Source of the DNA: an uncultured bacterium
Lineage (GTDB): Bacteria > Zixibacteria > MSB-5A5 > CAIYYT01
NCBI GenBank assembly: GCA_963726455.1
Contig: CAVSCK010000003.1
Span: forward strand, 512,001 to 576,000
Length of the DNA stretch: 64,000 nucleotides
Direction of reading: 5' to 3'
Shown: piece by piece, positions 40,196 through 51,030 of the stretch
Position numbering within the stretch: position 1 is the first letter of the stretch
Layout: each line of letters begins with the position of its first letter
Notes under the pieces: model-generated
Told to the model about the DNA's origin: nothing
Seen by the model: only the letters and a program-made list of their open reading frames with translations
The model's database searches: none
Position numbers and translations under genes: made by a program

Positions 40196-41140
40196 TTATC
40201 CGCGTGTGACAACAGTTCCAGCATTTCCGAGCACCGCCTCCGCCGCCTTGTCAATGGATGTTATCACGACTTTCTGTCCGCCGTTCTTGAGGAAGTCCAG
40301 CGCTGCTTCGATCTTGGGACCCATGCTGCCCGGCGGAAATTGGCCTTGTTTGAGATAGGTTTCCGCTTCCGACGCGGACATCGTATCCAGCAACTTCTGA
40401 TTTGGCTTACCAAAGTTGAGCGCGACTTTGTCTATCCCGGTCAGGATGATCAACATCTCGGCGTTGATTTGGTTGGCGAGCAATGACGATGCGCGATCCT
40501 TATCGATTACCGCGTCGACACCTTCAAGTGTGCCGTCCTTCTCGATATAGACCGGTATGCCTCCGCCTCCTGCCGCGATCACGATGGCGCCACTCTTGAC
40601 CAGTTGCCCGATGATGTCACCCTCCACGATCCGCTTGGGAATCGGTGATGGCACCACACGACGCCAGCCACGGTTGGAGTCCTCTTTCATTACCCAGTTG
40701 CGCTCTGTCTGAAACAACACTGCCTGCTGTTCTGAATAAAATTGCCCGATGTACTTGGTGGGATTGGCAAGCTCCGGATCATTCTGGTCGACCACCACCT
40801 GGGTAATGATTGTCACCACATTGCGCTTGATATTGTCGCGATGCAAACGATTGTACAACGACTGGCCGATCATGTATCCCATACCACCTTCAGTATCCGC
40901 CACACAAATTCCCAGCGGCAATATCGGCGCCTTCCCACGTGCCAGTTCGACCCGCAGGATAGCATTACCTACCTGCGGGCCGTTGCCATGCGTTACCGCA
41001 ATATTATAACCGTGTCGGATCAGTTCGATCAATCCTTGCAGCGAGCTGCGCGTATTGGCAAACTGGTTGGTAATCGTATCTTCGACTTCCTTGCGCGTGA
41101 TGGCATTGCCACCCAGCGCAACCACGGCCGTCTTGGTCAT
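40196..41140 (-). CDS. arcC: Carbamate kinase
   Basis: ALGGNA, HGNGPQVG, RRVVPSP, AVIDKD and GSMGPK motifs. Confidence 0.95.
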   Translation of the reverse strand: MTKTAVVALGGNAITRKEVEDTITNQFANTRSSLQGLIELIRHGYNIAVTHGNGPQVGNAILRVELARGKAPILPLGICVADTEGGMGYMIGQSLYNRLHRDNIKRNVVTIITQVVVDQNDPELANPTKYIGQFYSEQQAVLFQTERNWVMKEDSNRGWRRVVPSPIPKRIVEGDIIGQLVKSGAIVIAAGGGGIPVYIEKDGTLEGVDAVIDKDRASSLLANQINAEMLIILTGIDKVALNFGKPNQKLLDTMSASEAETYLKQGQFPPGSMGPKIEAALDFLKNGGQKVVITSIDKAAEAVLGNAGTVVTRG

Positions 41141-42483
41141 TTGCCTTTCTTCCGGCCTTTCTGAATCCGATTCACGAAGTCGGTTAATACATCGGACACC
41201 GTCGGCGAGCCAATTTCCTGAAGGTCGTATTCCACCCGCGTTGACGGCTGTTTGATCTTGATTACCCGCCGCAAGTCAATCGGTGTTCCAATAATCACCG
41301 AGTCACAGGGCGTGGCAGCAATAGTTGCTTCCAGATCCTTCACTTGCTTGCCGCCGTAACCCATCGCCGGCAGTAGCGTGCCGATGTCGGGATACTTGTT
41401 GAACGTGTCGATTAGCGTGCCCTTGAGATACGGCCTCGGATCGACCATCTCGGCGGCGCCAAACTTGTGTGCCGCCACGGTACCGGCGCCGTACTGCATT
41501 TCGCCGTGCGTCGCCGTCGGGCCGTCTTCAACAACCAGGACGCGTTTACCGCGAATGGCCGCTGCATTGTCAACCTTGATCGGCGAGGCGCCATCGATGA
41601 TCGTCGCCTTCGGATTATAGTCGCGAATGTTACTGCGAACCATCTCGATGCAGTCGCCATCGGCGGTGTCAATTTTATTGATGACCACCACGTCGGCGGC
41701 GAGCAGATTGGCTTCACCCGGATGGTACTGCAATTCGTGGCCGGGACGATGCGGATCGGCGACAGTGATATGCAAATCGGGTTTGTAGAACGGCAGGTCA
41801 TTATTGCCGCCGTCCCAGACGACCACGTCAGCTTCTTTCTCAGCCGCGCGCAGAATCATCTGGTAGTCAACACCCGCGTAGATCACCTGTCCGCGCGCGA
41901 TATGCGGTTCGTATTCTTCCATCTCTTCAATCGTGCAATTGTGCTTGGTCAGATCAGCAAGCGAACCAAATCGCTGGCATGCCTGCTTCGCCAAATCGCC
42001 ATAGGGCATCGGATGGCGTACCGCGACCACCTTCAAACCCATGTCTTTAAGAACTTCACAGACTTTGCGCGTGGTCTGGCTTTTGCCGGCGCCGGTCCGC
42101 ACCGCGCAGACAGCTATCACCGGTTTGGTCGACTTGATCTCGGTGTCGTTGGCTCCGAGCAGCGTAAAGTTAGCTCCCGCCGCCAATACCGTTGAGGCCT
42201 TGTGCATAACGTAACCATGCTGCACGTCGGAATACGAGAACACGACTTCATCGATGTTGTGCTTGCGAATCAGGTCGAGCAATTCGGATTCGGCGTAGAT
42301 CGGAATTCCTTTGGGATACAGTTTTCCGGCCAATGCTCTGGGATACTTGCGCCCGGCAATATCGGGAATTTGCGTAGCCGTGAAACATACTACTTCCACG
42401 CTCCGATTGTTGCGATAGCAGGTGTTGAAATTATGAAAGTCTCGACCTGCGGCGCCCATTATCAGAATCTTCTTTTTTGCCAT
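41137..42483 (-). CDS. P-loop protein of the cyclic-2,3-diphosphoglycerate-synthetase-like family; probable arginine synthetase ArcE
   Basis: GAAGRDFHNF, AVRTGAGKS, RHPMPYG, EEYEPH and WDGGNND motifs; overlaps the arcC start. Confidence 0.75.
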   Translation of the reverse strand: MAKKKILIMGAAGRDFHNFNTCYRNNRSVEVVCFTATQIPDIAGRKYPRALAGKLYPKGIPIYAESELLDLIRKHNIDEVVFSYSDVQHGYVMHKASTVLAAGANFTLLGANDTEIKSTKPVIAVCAVRTGAGKSQTTRKVCEVLKDMGLKVVAVRHPMPYGDLAKQACQRFGSLADLTKHNCTIEEMEEYEPHIARGQVIYAGVDYQMILRAAEKEADVVVWDGGNNDLPFYKPDLHITVADPHRPGHELQYHPGEANLLAADVVVINKIDTADGDCIEMVRSNIRDYNPKATIIDGASPIKVDNAAAIRGKRVLVVEDGPTATHGEMQYGAGTVAAHKFGAAEMVDPRPYLKGTLIDTFNKYPDIGTLLPAMGYGGKQVKDLEATIAATPCDSVIIGTPIDLRRVIKIKQPSTRVEYDLQEIGSPTVSDVLTDFVNRIQKGRKKGK

Positions 42484-42680
42484 CTTCTATCCTCCGATTA
42501 ATACAGAAATTTCGTGTAAAGAAACTGTTACCATCATAAGCAGAGCTGTGAGTTCTGCTCAGACGGCGGAGGCATACCAGATAACACGGAGAAAATAGTG
42601 GCGAATCCGGTTGCCGGCAATGTTTTCGGTGTGAGATGATTTCATAATCTCTAAACTGAATTCTGACCTTCAGCGATTTC

Positions 42681-44165
42681 CTAGGCGTCTATCTGCGCTT
42701 TCTGCAGTGTACCGGAAAAATCAATATAGCACGACTTCCATTCGCTGAAGATATCCAGCGCCTGATGTCCCGCCTCGCGGTGGCCGTTGCCTGTCGCCTT
42801 AGTACCGCCAAACGGCAAATGCACTTCCGCGCCGATCGTCGGGCTGTTGACATAGAATATGCCGGTGTAGATGTCACGCATCGCGGTGAATGCTTCGTTG
42901 ATGTCCTGCGTGTAAATCGACGCCGACAATCCGTACACCGTATCGTTAGCCATTTCAATTCCCTGCTCCAGCGACTCGCACATGGCAACTGATAACACCG
43001 GCCCGAAGATTTCTTCTTTCCAGATCGTCATCTTCTGCGTGACATCACCGAAAATTGTCGGCTGCAGGAAATAACCCTTATCGTAGTCGCTGCCGGTAAG
43101 ACGTTCGCCGCCGGTTACCAGCTGGGCGCCGTCTTTCTTGCCGATCTCGATATAGCGCAGGTCAGTGTTGAGCTGCGACTGGTTGATCGCCGGTCCCATA
43201 TCGACGTTCTCTTGAAGTCCATTTCCGACTTTCAGCTTCCTGGCACGTTCGGTGAGTTTCTCGATGAACTGCTTGTATACATCCTTATGCGCGACTATGC
43301 GCGACGTTGCGGTGCAGCGTTGGCCGGTGGTACCGAACGCGCCCCAGAGGGCACCGTCGACTGCCAGATCAAGTTTTGCCGACGACATTATCAGCATGCA
43401 GTTCTTGCCACCCATTTCCAGTGAGCAGTGCTTGAAATCAGGCGCGCACGCTCTGGAGACAAGTGAGCCAATCTCAGAAGATCCGGTGAAGGACACGATC
43501 TTCACATCCGGATGATGCATCAAGGGGTCGCCAACCTGGCTGCCGGTACCGGTCACCAGATTGATCACGCCCTTGGGAATACCGGCCTCTGCCAAAGTCT
43601 TGATGAAGTTGACACTGGACGCCGGAGTATCGGTCGCCGGCTTGAGGACTACCGTGTTGCCGCAAACGAGCGCCGGGATGATCTTCCACGATGGAATCGC
43701 CATCGGGAAATTCCAGGGCGTAATCATTGCGCACACGCCCAGCGGCTGACGAATAGACATCTGGAATTTGTTCGGCAGTTCCGACGGCGTGGTCTGGCCG
43801 TGCATGCGTCGGCCTTCGCCTGCCGTAAAATACGATATATCAATAGCTTCCTGCACGTCGCCGCGAGTTTCCTTGAGCACCTTACCCATCTCGCGGGTCA
43901 TGACCTTGGCATATTCCTCTTTGTGCTGCACCAACATCTGGGCAGCGCGATAAATAATCTCCGCACGCTTCGGGGCCGGAGTCAGACGCCACTTGTTGTA
44001 GGCCTGCTTGGCAGCATCGACTGCGCTGTTGACATCCTTTTCGTCGGATTTCTGAAAGACACCGACTACCTCATCGGTATTGGCTGGATTGCGGTTCTCG
44101 AAGGTCTGTCCTGTATGTGAAGCCACCCATTCGCCGTTGATAAAATTCTTAATTGCCTCAGGCAT
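42681..44165 (-). CDS. NAD-dependent aldehyde dehydrogenase
   Basis: [22 protein letters not shown] and EEIFGP motifs. Confidence 0.93.
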   Translation of the reverse strand: MPEAIKNFINGEWVASHTGQTFENRNPANTDEVVGVFQKSDEKDVNSAVDAAKQAYNKWRLTPAPKRAEIIYRAAQMLVQHKEEYAKVMTREMGKVLKETRGDVQEAIDISYFTAGEGRRMHGQTTPSELPNKFQMSIRQPLGVCAMITPWNFPMAIPSWKIIPALVCGNTVVLKPATDTPASSVNFIKTLAEAGIPKGVINLVTGTGSQVGDPLMHHPDVKIVSFTGSSEIGSLVSRACAPDFKHCSLEMGGKNCMLIMSSAKLDLAVDGALWGAFGTTGQRCTATSRIVAHKDVYKQFIEKLTERARKLKVGNGLQENVDMGPAINQSQLNTDLRYIEIGKKDGAQLVTGGERLTGSDYDKGYFLQPTIFGDVTQKMTIWKEEIFGPVLSVAMCESLEQGIEMANDTVYGLSASIYTQDINEAFTAMRDIYTGIFYVNSPTIGAEVHLPFGGTKATGNGHREAGHQALDIFSEWKSCYIDFSGTLQKAQIDA

Positions 44166-44203
44166 TAGCGCCTCCCGAAAATGATTATCGCAGTTATGGA
44201 AAT

Positions 44204-44219
44204 CGTGATTTTTGTCACA
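44204..44219. promoter_or_regulatory. Crp/Fnr-family-like box
   Basis: CGTGA-N6-TCACA (9/10 match to TGTGA-N6-TCACA) upstream of the aldehyde dehydrogenase gene. Confidence 0.45.
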
Positions 44220-44242
44220 TGCTGTTCCTTATATCTCAAGCC

Positions 44243-44272
44243 AAAATACGACTTCCGCCATCCGAATGTCAA
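44243..44272 (-). promoter_or_regulatory. Sigma70-like promoter
   Basis: TTGACA-18 bp-TATTTT. Confidence 0.45.
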
Positions 44273-44462
44273 CTTCTTTCGGTTTGCTTGTTAGGTCCAA
44301 CCAGTGCCAGTCTGGAAGTCGCGGAATTCTCCGATTTCCTTGCATTAATTACATTAGAGACTCAGACTACGGGCCCGATTCATTCGAACCTGCAGTGATT
44401 AACTGATTCCACTAATCGGATTGCTCCATCTCGTCAACTCTATTAGAATTTGCCTGGCATAT

Positions 44463-45131
44463 ATGGACAATTACTACGACAAGAATCTGTCGTCCGACCG
44501 ACTAAAACGAGTCTACGAACTCGCCCCGCCGCGCGTCAGGCAATACCTTGAGGCCGAAATTGCGTTCGTCTTGACGCGAATTGAGGCCGCCGACTTTGTG
44601 CTGGAACTCGGCTGCGGTTACGGGCGCGTTCTGGAGCGACTTGCTTCCAAGGCCAAGCTCACCATAGGAATAGACACGTCCCAACCCAGTTTGTTGGCTG
44701 CTGCCGAATTTTGCCCACTCCCCAATGTTGGATTGGCGCGGATGAACGCGATTTCGCTCGGTTTCAAGAGCCGGAGCTTTGATCGCGTCGTGTGCATACA
44801 GAATGGCATTTCCGCGTTTCATGTCGATCCATTGGGAATGCTGCGTGAATGCGTACGAGTGACCAAGTCGGGCGGCAGAATACTGGTTTCCACCTATTCC
44901 GAGCGGTTTTGGAATGATCGGCTTGAGTGGTTTCGCCTTCAATCCCAAGCGGGCTTGCTCGGTCAGATAGACTGGGATCAAACCGGGGAGGGCGTAATTG
45001 TCTGCACTGACGGCTTCCGGGCCACGACCTTCACGCCGGAGATGCTCAATTCACTTGCGGCGCGGTTGGACCTGAGTTACTCCCTCTACGAAGTAGACGG
45101 CTCCAGTCTGTTTTGCGAAATTTTCAGCTAA
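44463..45131 (+). CDS. Class I SAM-dependent methyltransferase
   Basis: VLELGCGYG motif I; likely start ATG 44463. Confidence 0.85.
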   Translation: MDNYYDKNLSSDRLKRVYELAPPRVRQYLEAEIAFVLTRIEAADFVLELGCGYGRVLERLASKAKLTIGIDTSQPSLLAAAEFCPLPNVGLARMNAISLGFKSRSFDRVVCIQNGISAFHVDPLGMLRECVRVTKSGGRILVSTYSERFWNDRLEWFRLQSQAGLLGQIDWDQTGEGVIVCTDGFRATTFTPEMLNSLAARLDLSYSLYEVDGSSLFCEIFS

Positions 45132-45270
45132 TTTCGGGCAGTTTTCTCAAATCATCGTATCTCTGGAACCAAACGTCGACTAATCTTGTTCTTGTCTCCA
45201 GACGCCGAAACGAGAGGTCCTCGCCGGAGTCTTGAGTGAGAAACTCAGCGATTTTAAGGAGCAGAAGATC

Positions 45271-45468
45271 ATGCGCAGAAACATGGGTACCACGGATAGA
45301 ATCATCAGATTATTCGTGGGTTTGGGAATCTTGGTCTTGGGAATCGGTCTTAAAACTTGGTGGGGCGTTATCGGAGTAATACCGGTTTTGATCGCATTCG
45401 TAGGAATTTGTCCGGGGTATTTGCCATTTGGTATTTCGACCTGTAGGGAAAGAGCAAGAGTTCACTAG
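45271..45468 (+). CDS. DUF2892/YgaP-like small membrane protein
   Basis: NMG..DR..R...G.CP.Y..FGIST pattern; AAGGAG RBS. Confidence 0.85.
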   Translation: MRRNMGTTDRIIRLFVGLGILVLGIGLKTWWGVIGVIPVLIAFVGICPGYLPFGISTCRERARVH

Positions 45469-45493
45469 TCTCCGCAGTTGTTCCCCTAAGGTA

Positions 45494-45534
45494 GAAGCCG
45501 GTCGGAAGCAGAGTCCGCCGGCTTCATTTCTTTC
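45494..45534 (+). terminator. Terminator
   Basis: GAAGCCGG...CCGGCTTC plus T-rich tail. Confidence 0.6.
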
Positions 45535-45551
45535 GGCTCATCTATATATTG

Positions 45552-46316
45552 TCAGATCAGAATCTCATCACCTTCGTTGGCTCGATAAACGTCCGTAACC
45601 CCCTGCTTGGCGCATGCGGTCTCAACGCCGGAAGAATCGAAATCGTCGGACATGTGTGTTAACATAATCTTCTTCAGTCCCGTCTTCACGGCGACCTCCG
45701 GTAGCCGCGTAAGATCCGTGTGCATTGCATCGAGAATGAGCAGGTCAGCTCCTGCGACTCCGGGGAGAATCTCGTCCAGACTCCCCACATCGGCGGAATA
45801 CGCCAACCGCTTGATTCCGCACTTCACAACAAAGGAGAAACATTGCATGCGATTTGCGAGGCCTGCGTCAGCCAGAAAGGACACATTATTCTTGAGATGA
45901 CTATTGGGAATAGCCGACACGGTGACGTCACCTGCCTGAATCGTGAATCCCTCTTCGATTCCACGTACCACAAGATCGAACGGAACTTTGTGCGGAAATA
46001 GATAGGTCAGATTGAATAGCTGCTTAACACCCCCCACCGCTTCCGACGGGACATAAATTGCCAGCGGCTCGACCCGTTTAAGCAGGTAGTTCGCCTGGAT
46101 GAACATTGGCAGTCCCATGCAGTGGTCCGGGTGCATATGCGAGACGAAACAGGCGCTGATACTGCGCGGATCGATCTGCAGACGGCGCAAGCGCCGATGA
46201 TAAACCCTCACCTGCATCCAAAAGCAAACCGACCTGTTCAGTCGTCACCAGGTACGCCGAGCTTGCCAGATGCGGATGCGGCAACCCGACGCACAGCCAA
46301 TGACTGCTAGTCGCAA
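45552..46316 (-). CDS. MBL-fold hydrolase (RNase Z/BN-like), with indels near 46285 and 46190
   Basis: Joined frames read LRLAVIGCASG / LPHPHLASSAYLV..LLDAGEG / ...SHMHPDH...SAD...THM. Confidence 0.75.
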
Positions 46317-46366
46317 ACCATCACCCCTGTATGTGAATATCTAAGAAGAAAACTGACAGAGTCTGG

Positions 46367-47402
46367 TCAACTCTCAAACACTTCGTGGAAAATCTTGATC
46401 GCGTCGTTGCAGTCTTCGCGATTGACATCCAGATGCGTTACGCAACGGATTTTCGTTGCCCCAAACTGAACTGCCAGCAGTCCTTTTTCTTTGCACGACC
46501 CGAGCACTTCGCTCACCTGCCGTCCCGACTGGGCAATATCCATCACCACGATATTGGTCTGCACACTGTCGAGATCAATGTAGATCCCGTCTATCTCCGA
46601 CAAAGTCTCCGCGAGGTACCAGGCGTTGTCGTGATCCTCGCTGAGCCGTTTGATGTTGTTTTCGACGGCGTAGATACCGGCTGCGGCAATAATGCCGACC
46701 TGTCGCATGGCGCCACCGAACATCTTGCGCACACGGCGGGCATCCTGAATGAACTCTCTGTCGCCGACAATCATCGAACCGATCGGAGCTCCCAGTCCCT
46801 TGGATAGGCACACGCTCAGCGTGTCCGCCAGCCGCCCGTACTCAGTCAACGGGATATCCGTTGCGACATGCGCATTCCAGATCCGCGCTCCGTCCAAATG
46901 CACCAGCAATCCCGTTTCATCGGCGAGATTGCGGATGGCTTCCATCTCTTCCAACGGGAAAATAGTCCCGCCGGCGCGATTGTGAGTATTTTCGATGGCA
47001 GATAATCTTAGTGCGCGGAGCATGGATATCCTTCTGCCTGATCAACGGCCGAATTTCGGCAGCCGTAATGACCCCGCGAACACCCTTCATCACATGAAAC
47101 AACAAACCGGAGAACGCAGCGGCGGTGGCCACTTCATAATTGAAGATGTGTGCCCCTTCTTCGCAGATGACTTCGTCGCCCGGTTGCGTGAGAGTCTTGA
47201 GGGACACCTGGTTTCCCATGGTTCCCGAAGGCACAAACAGCGACGCTTCCCTCCCGAATAGCTCGGCTACTATCTTCTCCAAGCGAATGACGGTGGGATC
47301 ATCGCCGAAAACGTCGTCGCCGACTTCGGCCGCGGCCATCGCCTGCCGCATCTGTTCGGATGGTTTGGTAACCGTGTCCGATCGCAAATCGATGTACTTC
47401 AT
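46367..47402 (-). CDS. ltaE: Low-specificity L-threonine aldolase; extra base near 46997
   Basis: DLRSDTVT, SGTMGN, ENTHN, HLDGAR and SKGLGAP motifs split across two frames. Confidence 0.9.
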
Positions 47403-47518
47403 TTTGCCTTCTGTTCTTTCAAGTGCGCCCGTTAGGTGGAAAGAAGCGCCGCCCGATACTGATCGTCAAGAAAAAACGTTTATGCGGCACCTGCCTTAGA
47501 TTGCTCATTGGGCCGGTA

Positions 47519-48142
47519 TCATAAATCACTTTGCGGCAACTGCGGGAAGAATGCCTTGACCAGCAAATGCATTACCAGCCCGGCGATCAGAGGCACCGTC
47601 AAATTGTCATCGCGATGAATCGAAACCGCTTCTACTATAGTCGCTATTACGGCACCGATAATGCCGACTGTGTACGGTACCTTCGGAACCAGGACAATTA
47701 TCAACAGCGCTACCACCAGGAAACCCAACGCCCCTTCATACGTCTTGGGGCGCCTGATGAAGTGTCTGCCGTATCGCCTGCCGATCAATGCCGACGCGAC
47801 ATCGCCCAGGATTTCGAAGGTTATCGCAGTAAAAGCAATCCAGCGGGGGAAAAAGATAATGGTGGCTAGACCCCCAAGAATAATATAGAAGGCGCCGGTG
47901 AAATTGCCGTTTTCCTCCTTTGGGCGAATCATGCCGCCGACTGCAAACTTGAGGTAATGCCAGGGACGCAATTTGCGGAGGCGGATGATCTCGAACGTGA
48001 TGGCGACGACCATCGTCGCGCTCATGATCGCGATTGCCCACGGCTTGGGAAATATCACATAACAGGCAGGAATGAGCAAGGCGATGAAATGAGTCGCCTT
48101 GCGCATGGCCTCCTGTTTGTAACTGATATTCTTAGGAACCAC
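47519..48142 (-). CDS. Dolichol/phytol kinase-like membrane protein
   Basis: RK..H, GD.ASALIG..YG, KT.EG and DDNLTVP motifs. Confidence 0.85.
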   Translation of the reverse strand: MVPKNISYKQEAMRKATHFIALLIPACYVIFPKPWAIAIMSATMVVAITFEIIRLRKLRPWHYLKFAVGGMIRPKEENGNFTGAFYIILGGLATIIFFPRWIAFTAITFEILGDVASALIGRRYGRHFIRRPKTYEGALGFLVVALLIIVLVPKVPYTVGIIGAVIATIVEAVSIHRDDNLTVPLIAGLVMHLLVKAFFPQLPQSDL

Positions 48143-49976
48143 TTTTCACAGTTTCAGTCACTGTTTTTGCCTGAGCCAGAGAGTCCGCTAACTGAAAATA
48201 GCGGTCGCGCTTGGTCAAGTCTATCTGTGAGAGTATGTCGTCGTACTTCACGATATCTCTCCCCTTGGTTACCATCGCAATCCACTTGCGATTCGAATCT
48301 TTCGCAGCTTCCGCGCGAACCAGCTCCTGCACGTCCAGCCGCGCCGCATCGAAATTCTTCATCGACTTGCGATCAACTACTTTGATGACATGCCAGCCCC
48401 ATTTGGTCTGGACCGGCCCAGCATACTTGCCGACACCGACCAGCCAGGCGGCATTGTAGAAATCGGTTCCCATTTCCTTCTCAGAGATCCAGCCCAGGTC
48501 AAACGCCTCCTCCTTAAACTTGGGATCGCCGGGATAATATTTCATTGCCAATTCCTTGAAATCCGCACCGGCCTCAAGTTTGCTTTTGACGTCTGCCGCC
48601 TCTATTGAATCCTTGAAGATGATATGCTGTACCTTAAGAGGTTTGTCGGAAATGAAATCACTCTTATGGCTTTCGTAGTAGCTCTTCAGCTCGGCCTCGG
48701 TCGGAAGCTCGCTGGACACTATCGTCCGATCTCGATAAATGCGGCCCATAATCTCCTGCCGCGCCAGATTGTTATATACCTGTTGAACCGTGTCCCTCTC
48801 GAAATAGCCCAGTTGACGGGCCGCGGAAGCCATGGCGTATGGCGATAGTTTCGACAGAACTATTTGTTTGCGCACGTCGGGAGTAACTGGTCCGCGTCTG
48901 CCGCCGGTGCGAAAGACCAGCTCCAACTCCTTGAGAATGCCGGCATTGATGGTGTCAGTGCCGTTTACCACGCATACCCAGTCCAATGGGTCGTAGCCGC
49001 CGGGTTCCTTTTGCAGCAACGGTTCATTCCATTCTAGCTTGGCGGAGGTGTCCACGCTGTCTACGAAGCTACTCACCATGATGGTGCGGTCGAAGGACTT
49101 AAGCTGCGTTCGTATGTTTTCCCGTAAGGCACTGTCGAGCGGCGTCACCATCGAATCGCGTATTTCGTCCACGCGAAGAATATGCCAGCCGAACTCCGTC
49201 TTGAACGGCGGACTCACCGCACCCTTCGGCAACTTGAAAGCAACCTTCTCGAATTCCGCTACCATCTGCCCTTTCTCGAACAATCCCGTGCTGCCACGAT
49301 TCGGCTTCGAATTGGTGTCATGGGAGAACTTCAGCGCGAGCTCCCCAATATCGGCGCCGCCCTTAACCTGGCGATAATACTCGTCGATCTGCTCCTTGGC
49401 TTTGGCGTCGAGTTGCGCCGCGGAAAGTCCGGAGACATTGATGCCCGATGCTTCCCAGGCCTTGGGATTTGTCGACATCAGAATTTGCGTGACACTGCGC
49501 CTCTCGGGAGTGCTGAATTTGGCAATGTTGACGCGATAGGCGCTGTCAACCGAGGCGTCGGGGATTCGAATCTTGTTGTCGAACAGGTCTTGCATCATGT
49601 AGCCAATGACGAAATCATGGGTGCGGTTCTGTGCGAGCCGATGAATCTCCTTCTTGTCGTAGTCCTTGAAATCCTTGGTGAGCAGATACGCGCACCTGCG
49701 GTAGATGACCTCATCGAGGGCATTCTCCAAAGTCGGCGCCACCGGAGCATTCGGTGATGTCTGTTTGGTGTACTCCTGCAAAACCTCACCCAGAGGAATT
49801 TTCATCGTATCGACGGTCGCCACTATGGTCGATGCGCTAATCGGTCCCGTCTGGGCTATGCGCGTTTGTTTGGAGCAACTCAACGGCAGTAACGAAATTG
49901 CCGTCAGAGTAACAAGTAAGACAAGTGCGAGATTCCGCTGGTTCATAAGTATGTCGATCCTCCTAGAGTGCAACAT
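48132..49976 (-). CDS. PpiC/parvulin-type peptidyl-prolyl isomerase lipoprotein with two PPIase domains (start may be ~49947)
   Basis: LSC lipobox; GQMVAEFE..AF, TEFGWHIL and TKWGWHVIK motifs. Confidence 0.88.
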   Translation of the reverse strand: MLHSRRIDILMNQRNLALVLLVTLTAISLLPLSCSKQTRIAQTGPISASTIVATVDTMKIPLGEVLQEYTKQTSPNAPVAPTLENALDEVIYRRCAYLLTKDFKDYDKKEIHRLAQNRTHDFVIGYMMQDLFDNKIRIPDASVDSAYRVNIAKFSTPERRSVTQILMSTNPKAWEASGINVSGLSAAQLDAKAKEQIDEYYRQVKGGADIGELALKFSHDTNSKPNRGSTGLFEKGQMVAEFEKVAFKLPKGAVSPPFKTEFGWHILRVDEIRDSMVTPLDSALRENIRTQLKSFDRTIMVSSFVDSVDTSAKLEWNEPLLQKEPGGYDPLDWVCVVNGTDTINAGILKELELVFRTGGRRGPVTPDVRKQIVLSKLSPYAMASAARQLGYFERDTVQQVYNNLARQEIMGRIYRDRTIVSSELPTEAELKSYYESHKSDFISDKPLKVQHIIFKDSIEAADVKSKLEAGADFKELAMKYYPGDPKFKEEAFDLGWISEKEMGTDFYNAAWLVGVGKYAGPVQTKWGWHVIKVVDRKSMKNFDAARLDVQELVRAEAAKDSNRKWIAMVTKGRDIVKYDDILSQIDLTKRDRYFQLADSLAQAKTVTETVKSGS

Positions 49977-50907
49977 TAAGAGATATGCGGTACGTATTGT
50001 CTAGTTCCTTGTGATTCATAAACGCGCCGTCGAGACGAAAGCGATTGAAGCTGACACCGACGCCGAGTGTTAGCCGTCCGACATCTGACCCGGCACGGAA
50101 AAATACCAAATTTTCGTATGATAGTTCTCCGCCCCAATGCGTGTCGAGCGACATGCTCCCCATCGATACTTGCGCAGCCGCTTTGCGTCCCTCGAACAGA
50201 AATTCACCGTCTGCGATCGCTCGCGCCGTGAATGACTGATAATGATAGGCGTAGGTTCCCCCCAGCTTGACTGCGGGGAGAATCGATTCCTTGGTGCCAT
50301 TGTCGTACGACAGGAAAGTCGAAGTCACATCGGTGATCGTCGCCCCCAGCGTCACGTCGGGCGTCAGATCATACTGCGTGCCGAGATCAAATCCCAATCC
50401 CCAGGCGCTATTTGCGGCCAGCGAACGCAAAATCATCTTCGCAGATCCACCGGCGCGCCAGCGGTCTGAAACTTTGTATCCGCCACCAAACGAGAAGACA
50501 TAATCGTAATGGCTTGCTTCGGATTTCGCCACGATCCTGCTGCTGTCCGAATTCCAGCCCGTGATCAAGATTCCCCCGCCACCGAGTCGATAGATGCCCA
50601 CACCCAGCGCCCCATTATGTGAACCGAATTTCACCGGATGTGCGAAAGCCGCGAAATCCTGATTGATCAGCGAACCAAACGTTTCCGAATGTAAGAAGGT
50701 CAGCTGATTGTTCGTTAAGTGCGCCAAACCGGCGGGGTTGTAGTAGATGCTGCTTGGATCAGCGGCCAGCGCTATGTACGCCCCACCGAATCCCAACGGT
50801 CGGGCGCTGGCGCCCAACTTGAAAGACTCGCCGGCATACTTGGCCGCCACAGCCGCAGAACAGACGAAGATGCTGGTCAATATGGCGGCGAATGTCGTAA
50901 AGCGCAA
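49963..50907 (-). CDS. PorV/PorQ-like outer-membrane beta-barrel
   Basis: Signal peptide; ARPLGFGGAY.A.A.D..SIYYNPAGL; amphipathic strands. Confidence 0.8.
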   Translation of the reverse strand: MRFTTFAAILTSIFVCSAAVAAKYAGESFKLGASARPLGFGGAYIALAADPSSIYYNPAGLAHLTNNQLTFLHSETFGSLINQDFAAFAHPVKFGSHNGALGVGIYRLGGGGILITGWNSDSSRIVAKSEASHYDYVFSFGGGYKVSDRWRAGGSAKMILRSLAANSAWGLGFDLGTQYDLTPDVTLGATITDVTSTFLSYDNGTKESILPAVKLGGTYAYHYQSFTARAIADGEFLFEGRKAAAQVSMGSMSLDTHWGGELSYENLVFFRAGSDVGRLTLGVGVSFNRFRLDGAFMNHKELDNTYRISLNVAL

Positions 50908-50977
50908 AGTCAGATAGTCTCCAAACCAGCGGAAATTACCTCCTCACATCCTCACTGTCAACTCTATTGTACAAACG

Positions 50978-51008
50978 AAAAGGGCGGTCGAATCGCTCAA
51001 CCGCCCTT
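50978..51008 (-). terminator. Terminator
   Basis: AAGGGCGG...CCGCCCTTTT on the minus strand. Confidence 0.7.
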
Positions 51009-51030
51009 GAGATCCGTTGTCAGAATATTA

